From: Nemertoderma westbladi
Lineage: Eukaryota; Animalia; Xenacoelomorpha
Length of the DNA: 64,000 nucleotides
Direction: 5' to 3'
NCBI GenBank assembly: GCA_032718475.1
Contig: JAUCBJ010007449.1
Span: forward strand, 18,181 to 82,180
In this document: one piece after another, positions 13,500 to 25,254 of the stretch
How positions within the stretch are numbered: position 1 is the stretch's first letter
How the letters are laid out: each line of letters opens with the position of its first letter
The notes under the pieces: generated by a model
Database searches by the model: none
Told to the model about the DNA's origin: nothing
Seen by the model: the letters and a program-made list of their open reading frames with translations, nothing else
Program-made: the position numbers and the translations under genes

Positions 13500-13720
13500 A
13501 TATACAGTAAAATAAGTTCAATGGAATTAGTGTGATCATTAAGTGAAGGCTTAGAAGAGCGGATGTAGTGTTTCTTTGATGATTACTTTAGTTCATTTGA
13601 TAGTTATTTTATAATACATAATAATAAGATGACTAATACACTTCTTTGCATTTGATATTCAACCAATGAAAATGACTTCCAATTTTTCAAACATCTACAC
13701 TTTCCCCATTGGCTCCAACA
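13500..13720 (-). pseudogene. Possible Penelope-like element GIY-YIG C-terminal remnant
   Basis: With one frameshift, the minus strand reads KVIIKETLH/RSSKPSLNDHTNSIELILL, resembling the PLE terminal ExLxIxxxKPxLN motif. Confidence 0.45.
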
Positions 13721-15225
13721 TTGTCTCTCTATCTTAACTGCGAACCTCTGGTTGTTTGGTTTTCCATAATTTTCTTCATTTTAAACATTTTTTAGTGCAA
13801 AATATTATGACCAACCCAACCTTTCATGAAATTGTGTTTATGATTTGGTGATAATTTATAACTTATAAATTATATATCTGTAGTCTGTACACTAATTTAT
13901 TGGAACTTCTGTTAATATTTTCATGACTCATACTACAATTGAAAATTCCAATTTTATGTCAAATGAAGAGGATCGCATCACTTTGGAAATGGAAAAAGTT
14001 AGATATAATGATATTTAATGTCCTGATTCTATAAATTTTTTTTTGTAGTTTAAGGGGTGTAAGACTCTAGTGTTTACTTTAAAGTTAATATATACATCAC
14101 AACCCCCTGTTAGTCAGTATGTCGGTACATTCAATTATCACATATGAATTATAGAGCAGAACTCCGACATCACTGCATGTTGTCAAATATTATAATTTTT
14201 GTACTGTGTGTTTGCTCTAGCAATCTACCAGTTTTTCCATTGGTAACATGTTTACTTACCGTAGGTCTATGTGGAGGGTTCCAGTGTTCTGAGGTCTGAA
14301 GTCTGTATGGGCGAAGTGGTAACTGAGTTGATGGTGCGATTAATTTAGGTCATTGGTGCAGTATAGATAGGCTTGGCTAATTCCCTGTCCAGCTGACGAA
14401 GCGTCGAGGATTAGCGCATACTGGTCCTAGACGCCGAAACGCAACCATATTTTTCACAAATTAATTATTTTTGTCCAAGTCCTACAGTACCTCTTTCACA
14501 GCGACAAAAATGTCATATATTTTCTTATACAATATAGGCTTAGTTTTTGTGCAGTTTATTACCGGTATCATTTAGTGTATGGCTTGTAGGTTTTAGGGTT
14601 AGGTTTGCGATACATACCTGTAAGTGGAGCATGTTATTATATATTTTGTTTGTGTTTGTTGTTTGTTTTGTTTGTGTCCTTTATCTACCAGTATGTACGC
14701 CGCGACTTCCTGTGTCCTTCCGGACCAAAGTTTATTCTTCTCGAATATTTCAAGAAGTCCTCCCCGCGACTTCCGTATTCTCGATCGGCAGCTATATCCC
14801 GTCGGGAAGTTTCTCTTCGATTCCCTCTCCTGTTCTCGTCCTCGTACCGGTACATCCTGTACCCTTTTCCTGGTGTGTGGTGCGTCTCTCTGGGGCGACG
14901 CCAATCTCCCGGAGTTCGACCCCACTGACTCCCTAACTCCATCTCTACTAGCGACGGTTCACTGTCCGTCCTTGCTCTCCGGTTGCTCGTAGCAATGCTT
15001 CTTCTATTCTCTTCACGCTCTTGTGATCTCTCTTTGACCTCCCGGTTAAACTCCACTGTTCTTCTTCTCTCTTCTGACTGACGTCTTCTCGGTCGCCCAC
15101 TCTCAGCATCAACACCTCTCTCTCTACCAGGTTGGACGCTCCTGGGGATATTCGCAATCCCCCTACTATTCTCTGTCGTCGGGTGCCGTGGTTCACCTAA
15201 CTCGCCCCGCGCATTATCCGCCGAC

Positions 15226-15853
15226 GCCTGTGGGACATTCTCTGCCCCCCCCCCCCCTCTCGCCACTAATCTCCCGTGGTGGGGCGCCCGTAGCCCCCCC
15301 CCCCCCCACCCCCACTCGCCCCTTCTTACTTCACTACCTCTTACTTCGCTTCTACGCCCCTCTTGTGGGACATTCTCTGCCCCCCCCCCCTCTCGCCACT
15401 AATCTCCCGTGGTGGGGCGCCCGTAGCCCCCCCCCCCCCCCCCCACTCGCCACTTCTTACTTCACTACCTCCTACTTCGCTTCTACGCCGCTCTCTAGTC
15501 GGCGCACTGTCTCTACTGCGGCTGGGTCTATTCACCCCTGCCTCTCCCTGTGCAACTGCGTGGCCTTGCAGGCTCCCGTCGGGTTGACTCACCCCCGCTA
15601 CTCCCTGCCTATCTCCTGTTTCCCTGGCCTCGCTCCCAATTTGAGCGAGTTCGCCATTTCCGCTCCGTACTCCTCTCAAACTTGCCCCAGTCCATCGGCT
15701 TGTGGTAGACAAGCCCCATGAGCTGGCCCATCGCCACTGCTCCACAATGTCCTGTGTCCGCTCCGTGCTCCTCCTCGAACTTGCCCCAGTCCATGGGCTT
15801 GTGGCAGACAAGGCCCATGCGCTGGCCCATCCCCACTGCTCCACAATGTCCTG
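15226..15853. repeat. GC-rich local duplications (~137-bp pair with poly-C tracts; ~100-bp pair)
   Basis: TGTGGGACATTCTCTGCCCC... occurs at ~15229 and ~15365; AACTTGCCCCAGTCCAT... occurs at ~15679 and ~15778. Confidence 0.8.
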
Positions 15854-15889
15854 TAAGTATACAGATATGAATTGGTGGCAGTGACAGTC

Positions 15890-16208
15890 ATAAACTATGA
15901 CCAGTCTGCAACTGTGTAACTAATGAACTGACTGGTAAATCAGTAATGCAGAATAATATATGATTGATACACACTGATATTGGCTTCACCTCTTACTCTA
16001 CTTGGCCTTCTGTACCCAGTGGGTGCTTTCTTATCTCTAATCACATGCTTCCCTCCCCGCTATTGGCTAATATACTAATTGTCACTTTGGCACTCCCTGT
16101 GAGTGTTTCCCCCCTCTGCTAACCTCTACTAGCTGTATTCCCTACGAGGTGGTTTGACCTCTCACCTCTCTCTGTGGCATTAGGGCTTGTGTCAACCCCC
16201 CCCCCAAA
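15890..16208 (-). mobile_element. Partial second copy of the 988-1499 LTR, with its PPT
   Basis: The reverse complement matches ~978-1290 (CTTTGGGG..GACACAAGCCCTAA..GGGAGTGCCAAAGTGACAATTAG..). Confidence 0.75.
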
Positions 16209-16324
16209 GTTGGTTATGAGGCGAGATTATTATTGGTAATCTCGTATCCCCAACTATATTAGTGAAATGCCACTGGTCCCATTTTTCTGGTAGGTAATGT
16301 AACGGAATTGAATCCACTTACAAC

Positions 16325-18461
16325 GTAAAACAGTAAAGAAACGCGTAAAGCATGTAAAACAGTAAAGCAATGCGTAAAGCATGTAAAACAGTAAAGCAAT
16401 GTGTAAAGCGCGTAAAACAGTAAGGAAATGTGTAAAGCACGTAAAACAGTAAAGCAATGCGTAAAGCATGTAAAACAGTAAAGCAATGCGTAAAGTGCGT
16501 AAAACAGTAAAGCAATGTGTAAAACTCATAAAACAGTAAAGCAACATGTAAAGCACGTAAAACAGTAAAGCAATGCGTAAAGCACGTAAAACAGTAAAGC
16601 AATGCATAAAGCACTTAAAACAGTAAAGCAATGCGTAAAGCACGTAAAACAGTAAAGCAATGCATAAAGCACGTAAAACAGTAAAGCAATGCGTAAAGCA
16701 CTTAAAACAGTAAAGCAACGTGTAAAGCATTTAAACAGTAAAGCAATGTGTAAAGCACATAAAACAGTAAAGCAACGTGTGTAAAGCATGTAAAACAGTA
16801 AAGCAATGCATAAAGCATATGAAACAGTAAAGCAATGCATAAAGCATATGAAACAGTAAAGCAATGCATAAAGCACGTAAAACAGTAAAGCAATGTGTAA
16901 AGCATGTAAAACAGTAAAGCAATGCATAAAGCATGTAAAACAGTAAAACAATGTGTAAAGCATGTAAAACAGTAAAGCAACGCATAAAGCAAGAAAAACA
17001 GTAAAGCAATGCGTAAAGCAATGCGTAAAGCATGTAAAACAGTAAAGCAATGTGTAAAGTACGTAAAACAGTAAAGCAATGCGTAAAGCATATAAAACAG
17101 TAAAGCAATGCGTAAAGCATGTAAAATAGTAAAGCATTGTGTAAAGCATGTAAAACAGTAAAGCAATGCGTAAAGCACGTAAAACAGTAAAGCAATGTGT
17201 AACGCATGTAAAACAGTAAAGCAATGCGTAAAGCACGCAAAACAGTAAAGCAATGCGTAAAGCAAATAAAACAGTAAAGCAATGCATAAAGCACGCAAAA
17301 CAGTAAAGCAATGCATAAAGCACATAAATCAGTATAAAGCAATGCATAAAGCACTTAAAACATTAAAGCAATGCGTAAAGCACGTAAAACAGTAAAGTAA
17401 TCCGTAAAGCATGTAAAACAGTAAAGCAATGCGTAAAGCATGTAAAACAGTAAAGCAACGTGTAAAGCATGTAAAACAGTAAAGCAATGCGTAAAGCATG
17501 TAAAACAGTAAAGCAATGCATAAAGCATGTAAAACAGTAAAGCAACCTATAAAGAACGTAAAACAGTAAAGCAATGCGTAAAGCACGTAAAACAATAAAG
17601 TAACGTGTGTAAAGCATGTAAAACAGTAAAGCAATGCATAAAGCATGTAAAACAGTAAAGCAACGCGTAAAGCACGTAAAACAGTAAAGCAATGCGTAAA
17701 GCATGTAAAACAGTAAAGCATCCTATAAATAACGTAAAACAGTAAAGCAATGCGTAAAGCACATGAAACAGTAAAGTAACGTGTGTAAAGCATGTAAAGC
17801 AGTAAAGCAATGCATAAAGCATGTAAAACAGTAAAGCAATGCGTAAAGCACGTAAAACAGGAAAGCAATGAGTAAAGCATGTAAAACAGTAAAGCAATGC
17901 ATAAAGTACGTAAAGCAGTAAAGCAATGCGTAGAGCATGTAAAACAGTAAAGCAATGCATAAAACACGCAAAACAGTAAAGCAATGCATAAAGCATGTAA
18001 AACAGTAAAGCAATGCATAAAGCACGCAAAACAGTAAAGCAATGCGTAAAGCACATAAAACAGTAAAGCAATACATAAAGCACTTAAAACATTAAAGCAA
18101 TGCGTAAAGCACGTAAAACAGTAAAGCAATGCGAAAAGCATGTAAAACAGTAAAGCAATGCGTAAAGCATGTAAAAAGGTAAAGCAATGTGTAAAGCATG
18201 TAAAACAGTAAAGCAATGCTTAAAGCATGTAAAACAGTAAAGCAACACGTAAAGCACGTAAAACAGTAAAGCAACGCGTAAAACACCTCAAAGAGTAAAG
18301 CAACACGTAAAGCACGTAAAACAGTAAAACTACGCGTAAAGCACATAAAACAGTAAAGCAAAGCGTAAAGCATGTAAAAGAGTAAACCAATGCATAAAGC
18401 ATGTAAAACAGTAAAGCAAAGCGTAAAGCACATAAAACAGTAAGGCAACGCGTAAAGCACG
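16325..18461. repeat. Minisatellite, 29-bp unit GTAAAACAGTAAAGCAATGCGTAAAGCAT, ~73 copies
   Basis: Directly visible tandem array; the unit is built from three GTAAA sub-repeats. Confidence 0.95.
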
Positions 18462-18994
18462 TTGTTAGCGCTTTTAGTAAATTATGTTCTTTCACTCTTA
18501 ATTCTCATATATTTTAACTTTTTTCTGTTACTTAATTAACCATGCAAAAATGAAGGCAAGATGTCCGGTCTGATACAATAAACGGGATTGCGCTAGTGTA
18601 CCTGTCAACAAGGGCCTATCACTGTATCTGTTTATTTGCCCTTTTTCCCTTCGATGCATTGATTTGCTCTATATTTCACTTAGTTCAATACGGTATTTGA
18701 TTATCTATTGTATTTGACTGAGATACTATACCGGGAGGGTGTGACAACAAAGTATAACAAGCAAATGACTGACTAATTAATTCTGTAAGAACTCAAGTCT
18801 GGTGATTGTGTTTCCCTTTAGGAGAAACGTATAGTGACAAGTCTTTGGGTCTAATTATATTGATATCACTACAGTATTCAATTTGTGACAACTCTCAATC
18901 GTGATGTAATTAATAAGAAGAGCTTTGCTTACATTAATGGTCTGAAATATCGCCATATATTAATTATTTAGTAAGTCAGAGATATAACACGTTC

Positions 18995-19603
18995 GTGGGG
19001 ACTTCGCGCAGCACGTAGTCGGCAAGCCTTGGCATACGGTTCATATAGAGCAAATGGGGCATGTCTAGTTTGGACCTCATATCCCATGCTATAAATGTAT
19101 TCATTCGATATACAATCATATGTTAATCCGCTAGGTGGTGTGAAATTGTTATTCTGCAATTTCGTACTTACCAGTGCAGCACTGTACAGCAGTACCGTAC
19201 CGGTAGGCCTATGTCATTACTTCTGAGTCTCTAGCGGATCCCCAATTAAATGTCTTAACTTTTCAATTTCGTAAAAGATAGACTTCATGATTCTCTACAG
19301 GCCACCAAAATTTCAGCTCAGGAAAATGAGGCCTTCCCGAGAAATTTAACATTTTCTAAAAACCACATAATCTGTCGTAGCTGACGTCAGACTGCATGAT
19401 TTTTCACCAAACTTTACAAACTTTCTAAACTTTCTCTCTACTACTTACCTACTAAGTTTGCTCAATTCCGAACCAGCGATGCCGAGAAATTCGCGTTCAA
19501 ACATTTACCAGACAGACAGACAGACAGACAGACAGACGGACATGCCCCATTTGCCCTATATGAACCGTATGCCAAGGCTCGCCGACTACGTGTCTCGCCC
19601 CAC
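18995..19603. mobile_element. Non-autonomous element with 54-bp subterminal inverted repeats and (CAGA)n microsatellite (DINE/HINE-like or MITE)
   Basis: IR at 19012-19065 and 19539-19592; (CAGA)7 at ~19509-19537. Family assignment is inferred. Confidence 0.6.
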
Positions 19604-19759
19604 AACACACAAATCTGATACAATTGTCCAGATTATCACTGATACTTAGTTACAGCAACCCACCTGTTGTGGCGCGTGTAAAACCTCCTTGATTACGTAA
19701 TATCAGCAATATATTAACTCAAACTGCCTCAATTAATTGTATTTATATTATTATCTTAG

Positions 19760-20556
19760 ATGGGGAAGAGGATTATACCAATAATCATACTTTTGAGCTT
19801 CTTGTTGGTCCTACCGGATTTATTCTTGCGAAGAATAGAGCTGAAATGGAGTGAGAATAATAACACAACGATGTTCTTATGTTCAACCCATTTAGAAATA
19901 TTTTCTTTGACAACTAATCAGAGAATCACAACAGCTCTAATCTTAACAAATTATATAATTATTATTTTCCTACCATATGTACTTATAGCCATAATGACTC
20001 CAATATGTATAGTTTCATTGAGAATTCGAACAGGAAGATGGGTAAGAAATCAACCAACAAATTGGAGCCGTCTATTGTGCAGATGTTCTGATGCGAAAAC
20101 CCGTAACACACCACTCATATCGTACAGAGAAGTTCTAATGCTGTATCACACTGTCGTCTTAATACTGTCATTATAGTAACAGCTATGTTATTCTTGATCA
20201 CATGGGCCCCGACACTTTTAAGTATGACTACAAAGACAATAGGATATATTCTTGACAGACAAAAGGAATGGTGGGTGTTGTTTCCTAACCCTTTATACAA
20301 ACCATTTAAGAAATCGCTGATCATCTTAGATTCACTACTGAATATAACTGTTTGTATAATCTTCTACAACCAGCTTTGCATAAGCTTTTTACAACTGTTG
20401 TCATTAAAATGTTTTTTTAAATCAACTGCGAGGCAAGACGTAGCAATGTTAGAAGAATTTGAAACAGAAAATCGAACGCACTCCCATGTAGTTCAGTTGG
20501 TGTCGGATTTCCAAAAACCTGACAGGCACTCCGTCATTTGTGAAACTTATGTCTGA
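19760..20556 (+). pseudogene. Class A GPCR-like terminal exon (TM4-TM7), frameshifted
   Basis: AG acceptor at 19758-19759. Hydrophobic helices IIILLSFLLVLP, IIIFLPYVLIAIM, MLFLITWAP (TM6 FxxxWxP) and LDSLLNITVC (TM7-like). One frameshift between ~20107 and 20170; upstream exons were not identified. Confidence 0.55.
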
Positions 20557-21559
20557 ATTTCGGGGGGACATTTGTGAAAGGAAACACCATACTTAATTGA
20601 GTAACATAATGTCTAATGATTGGTGGACCCATCAGGTATTCCATTTATGTTTTGCGTATTTAATTGTATTAAATGTATAAAGTGTAGTAAAATAGAAAAG
20701 TAAGTAATATACTATGTATTTGCGATACACCATGTTGGTCACATCTCCTTTCCCCAAGTCAACACTGCTGCAGCTAAGTGTAGAAGAAATGCCCCTCATC
20801 CCCCGAGGTCTATAAAATACGGGATACAGGAGTGTTTGGAGCTTATTCACCACGATATTCATTAGATATCTATGTACCTACATACTTTCCTTTCTACATA
20901 CCATACCTTATGCGATATGTATCTAACTAACACATTTATAAGTTATACTTTTGTAACTTATTTATTATTAAATATTTTCATTTTATTTTTTATTTTTCAT
21001 ATTTTTTATTTATTTTTATTATTACTTTTATTCTTGAGGCTACTTACACCTCCCTAGTCCAACAAGTTTGTTGGACGAAAACAACTTATGCTGAATCATC
21101 CACCAAACAACAGTTGGTTATGTGCCTCGTATATGTCTCTTCTTTTCACCAATCTTTCCACCGCTTTGGAAATCTACGGTCCGAATAATATGTCCGTCTT
21201 TACCTGCGTGGCAAGCCACTATTTGAATATGAAAAATGTCATTCCGAGGAAATGCTCTTCAAAGTTTAAACCATCCCGCCAAAATTGGCTGTCAGTGTTC
21301 TGGTTGGTTAATTATTTCTGGCACGAAGGATGCACACCAACGAGCTAAAATGTTCATGTGCATGTTCATTACGGGGGTTTTCGGGGTCGCTGATTTCATT
21401 TCCGATGTCAGTTTTAATTTTTGGTGGAATATAGTCTCTCTGTCTGTCTGTCGGTCTTCTGTCTTTCTTACAATTTGATGGACAGACCGTCATACTGAAA
21501 AACATACTCGAGAAATGAAAGAGGTCTCACTAAGCAGTATTCAGATTTGTAATCCTCAG

Positions 21560-21870
21560 AAAATTCTGCTCTAGGTGAAATAAAGAAACAACAATTCAAC
21601 GGTTCTAACGATTCCCGGTCGTCATTTAGTGGGCATAATGGCCTACTGTTTATTATTCCTTCGTATTTTGCTTATGCTGTCCTTAGGAAGTCTTCCGTTA
21701 CTATGTGGTTTGCTAATAACACTTTCATTGCTCGTTTCATGCTTCCAAATAGTCTTTCTATAAATCCTGTGGTGTGTGGCACATATGGCGCCCGCATTGA
21801 CCACTCTATTTCGTGTTTCCTTACTGAAGATTCCACTTGTTTGTGGCATGTTGGGGGAACCAAAACAATA
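21560..21870 (-). pseudogene. BEL/Pao integrase fragment
   Basis: IEWSMRAPYVPHTTGFIERLFGSMKRAM followed by EGIINSRPLCP, matching the BEL IN core. Confidence 0.65.
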
Positions 21871-22109
21871 AACGAAAGTTAACATGTTACAAGATTATGC
21901 TGCTCTTCATATAATTGGGTCTTTGGTCTTTGTTTTGTACTCATTCGAAGAACGTCGGTATAATATGATTAAAAATTGTGTTTGATGGAAATACTTGTAA
22001 ATAATGAATGAATTTTGTATAATTATATTTTCCATAAAATATTTGGTGCTGGAAGAATCGTTTTTGGTTGAAAGTAATTATTTTAGGGAGATTGAATTTT
22101 TTTTTTTTG

Positions 22110-23590
22110 GGGGAATGAATAATTGTTTTTGGGAGATGAATAATTGTTTTTGGAGGATGAATAATTGTTTTTGGGGAATGAATAATTGTTTTTGGGGGGA
22201 TGAATAATTGTTTTTGGGGGATGAATAATTGTTTTTGGGGGAATGAATAATTGTTTTTGGGGGGATGAATAATTGTTTTTGGGGGATGAATAATTGTTTT
22301 TGGGGGAATGAATAATTGTTTTTGGGGTATGAATAATTGTTTTGGGGGGAATGAATAATTGTTTTTGGGGTATGAATAATTGTTTTTGGAGGAATGAATA
22401 ATTGTTTTTGGGGTATGATTTATGTTTTTGGGGGAATGAATAATTGTTTTTGGGGTATGAATAATTGTTTTTGGGGGAATGAATAATTGTTTGCGGGGGA
22501 TGAATAATTGTTTTTGGGGGAATGAATAATTGTTTTTGGGGTATGAATAATTGTTTTTGGAGGATGAATAATTGTTTTTGGGGGAATGAATAATTGTTTT
22601 TGGGGGGATGAATAATTGTTTTTGGGGGATGAATAATTGTTTTTGGGGGAATGAATAATTGTTTTTGGGGGGATGAATAATTGTTTTTGGGGGATGAATA
22701 ATTGTTTTTGAGGGAATGAATAATTGTTTTTGGGGTATGAATAATTGTTTTTGGGGGAATGAATAATTGTTTTTGGGGTATGAATAATTGTTTTTGGGGG
22801 AATGAATAATTGTTTTTGGGGTATGAATAATTGTTTTTGGGGGAATGAATAATTGTTTTTGGGGTATGAATATGAATAATTGTTTTTGGGGGAATGAATA
22901 ATTGTTTGCGGGGAATGAATAATTGTTTTTGGGGGAATGAATAATTGTTTTTGGGGTATGAATAATTGTTTTTGGGGGAATGAATAATTGTTTGCGGGGG
23001 ATGAATAATTGTTTTTGGGGGAATGAATAATTGTTTTTGGGGTATGAATAATTGTTTTTGGGGGAATGAATAATTGTTTGCGGGGTATGAATAATTGTTT
23101 TTGGGGGAATGAGTAATTGTTTTTTGGGTATGAATAATTGTTTTTGGGGTATGAATAATTGTTTTTGGGGTATGAATAATTATTTTTGGGGGAATGAATA
23201 ATTGTTTTTGGGGGATGAATAATTTTTTTGGGGATTGGGTAATTGTTTTTTTTTGGGGGGGGGGGGGGGATAATTGATTTATTGGGTTGAATTATTGTTT
23301 TTTTGGAGATGAATAATTGTTTTTGGGGGAATGAATAATTGTTTGTGGGGTATGAATAATTGTTTTTGCGGGAATGAGTAATTGTTTTTGGGGTATGAAT
23401 AATTGTTTTTGGGGTATGAATAATTGTTTTTGGGGTATGAATAATTATTTTTGGGGGAATGAATAATTGTTTTTGGGGGATGAATAATTTTTTTGGGGAT
23501 TGGGTAATTGTTTTTTTTTTTGGGGGGGGGGAATAATTGATTTATTGGGTTGAATTATTGTTTTTTTGGAGATGAATAATTGTTTTTGGT
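22110..23590. repeat. Minisatellite, 21-22-bp unit ATGAATAATTGTTTTTGGGG(G/A/T), with a ~250-300-bp higher-order duplication at the right end
   Basis: Directly visible array; the variant block ...GGGGATTGGGTAATTG...GATTTATTGGGTTGAATT occurs twice (~23230 and ~23495). Confidence 0.95.
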
Positions 23591-23889
23591 GAGAGATATT
23601 CAAAATTGGGGAATGTAAATTGGTGCTACAACAAATATATTTGGTCCTAAACAAATTTTTGCTGTGATATCTTCTAATTTGGGGTGGCATTCAATTAGTG
23701 GAGTTTAATTAATATCACTTGAATTTATTTAATCATCTTCACCTACCGAACCCACTCAGGCAGAGCCACGCCTCTGTCTGTATTAGATAGTGATGTTGAT
23801 GAACGGCTGAAGCACTACTGTAGATAAACAGTATCATTTAAGTTGCCCCACACCTTGCATATTTATTCTAGCAGCTTCTAATGGTGGAT

Positions 23890-24110
23890 TCAATTTTGAA
23901 AATATTTTGAAATTTTACGTGTTTCTAGGTGTAAGGAGTTCCATAATTTAATTAGTGCAATTGTTAAGCTATTATACCCGAAGTGATTGTGTGCGGGCGG
24001 AATTTGGATTTTGCAATATTTTGGATTTAAATGGAAATTTTTGTTTGTAAAAAATGGCAGTGAAAATTCCATAAGAGGGAGAGATAGTTGTTAAATATAT
24101 TTAAATAAGA
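23890..24110 (-). pseudogene. CR1/L2-like LINE 3' end remnant
   Basis: NHFGYNSLTIALIKLWNSLHLE resembles the C-terminal LWNxLP motif of L2/CR1 ORF2. Confidence 0.45.
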
Positions 24111-24165
24111 AGAGTAGACTGAAGTATTCTCTTTAGGCAGAGAAAAGAGGGATACCTGCCCGTGT

Positions 24166-24433
24166 CCGCAACTCCGTTCCCGATACCCGCCCGGGTCCGC
24201 AACTCCGTTCCCGATACCCGCCCGGGTCCGCAACTCCGTTCCCGATACCCGCCCGGGTCCGCAACTCCGTTCCCGATACCCGCCCGGGTCTGCAACTCCA
24301 TTCCCGATACCCGCCCGGGTCCGCAACTCCGTTCCCGATACCCGCCCGGGTCCACAACTCCGTTCCCGATACCCGCCCGGGTCCGCAAATCTGTTCCCGA
24401 TACCCACCCGGGTCCCCAACTCCGTTCCCGATA
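24166..24433. repeat. GC-rich minisatellite, 31-bp unit CCGCAACTCCGTTCCCGATACCCGCCCGGGT, ~8.5 copies
   Basis: Directly visible, near-perfect tandem copies. Confidence 0.95.
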
Positions 24434-25254
24434 CTTATCTTTCCCTGGTGCCAAATAATTTACGGAGTGCCATATTTTGTATGATTTCAAATTTATATTT
24501 ATATTTATTTATATTATATATTTATATATATCCTTAAAGCCGTGTTTATTGTGAAAAGATGTCAAAAGCAACGAGCAGTAATGGTGGTGTGGTAGAACCG
24601 TGGTTTTATATATTAAATTCTTAGTTTTTTTTTCTAGTTATCCTTTTATTTTACTTTTATTTTACAGAAGCTTGATAGTGCGAGTCCCATTATTTGTATT
24701 GTTTTATTTATGTGATCGTTTCAATTTAATTAAATTTTCATTTCGTGTGACACCTAAATATTTAACGCTATTTTTTTGCTCTAATCCTGTTTTGGAATCT
24801 AAGTTTAATTTCATAGATTTTTTTCAAAAGTGCGGGAGGTGCGTGGCGGAAGAAACATGAACTCAATTTTAGACGGAGAATAAGTAGTAGGTTAAGGGTG
24901 TTGTGTAAGGCCACCTGCCACCAGTTCACCAGTAGGCCTACAGGTACTGGACTGTCAGGAAGCAGTAATGTATTACCACCACCATACATTTAATATTACA
25001 GCATTACCTGATACCGTACTGATACGATACCTGATACCTGTATACTTGTTACTGGTATAGGTCTACTACATACTGACATAGTCCAAGTCCATGTAGTCTA
25101 TAGGTCTGCAATAATACTGTAATAGTACAGCTACAGCTACTGATACCTGGCAAGGGCTAGGGCAACCCGTTAGGCATGGGTGTACTGGTATAAACTATAC
25201 GCCCACAACCGACATTATTAATGTTACAGTAGCAGCATAGGCCTACAGGCGCTA

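Noticed and set aside
14547-15891. Cluster of overlapping 70-190-aa ORFs
   Set aside because: GC-rich low-complexity sequence with local duplications and no recognisable domain; probably retroelement-derived, but I cannot assign a product.
16254-18495. Many overlapping Cys/Leu/Phe-rich ORFs
   Set aside because: They are translations of the 29-bp satellite; all three frames give the same permuted repeat.
16325-24433. CRISPR-like appearance of 29-31-bp repeats
   Set aside because: Head-to-tail units with no unique spacers, no cas genes, and a eukaryotic context.
24027-24490. Gly/Arg/Pro repeat ORFs on both strands
   Set aside because: Translations of the 31-bp minisatellite.
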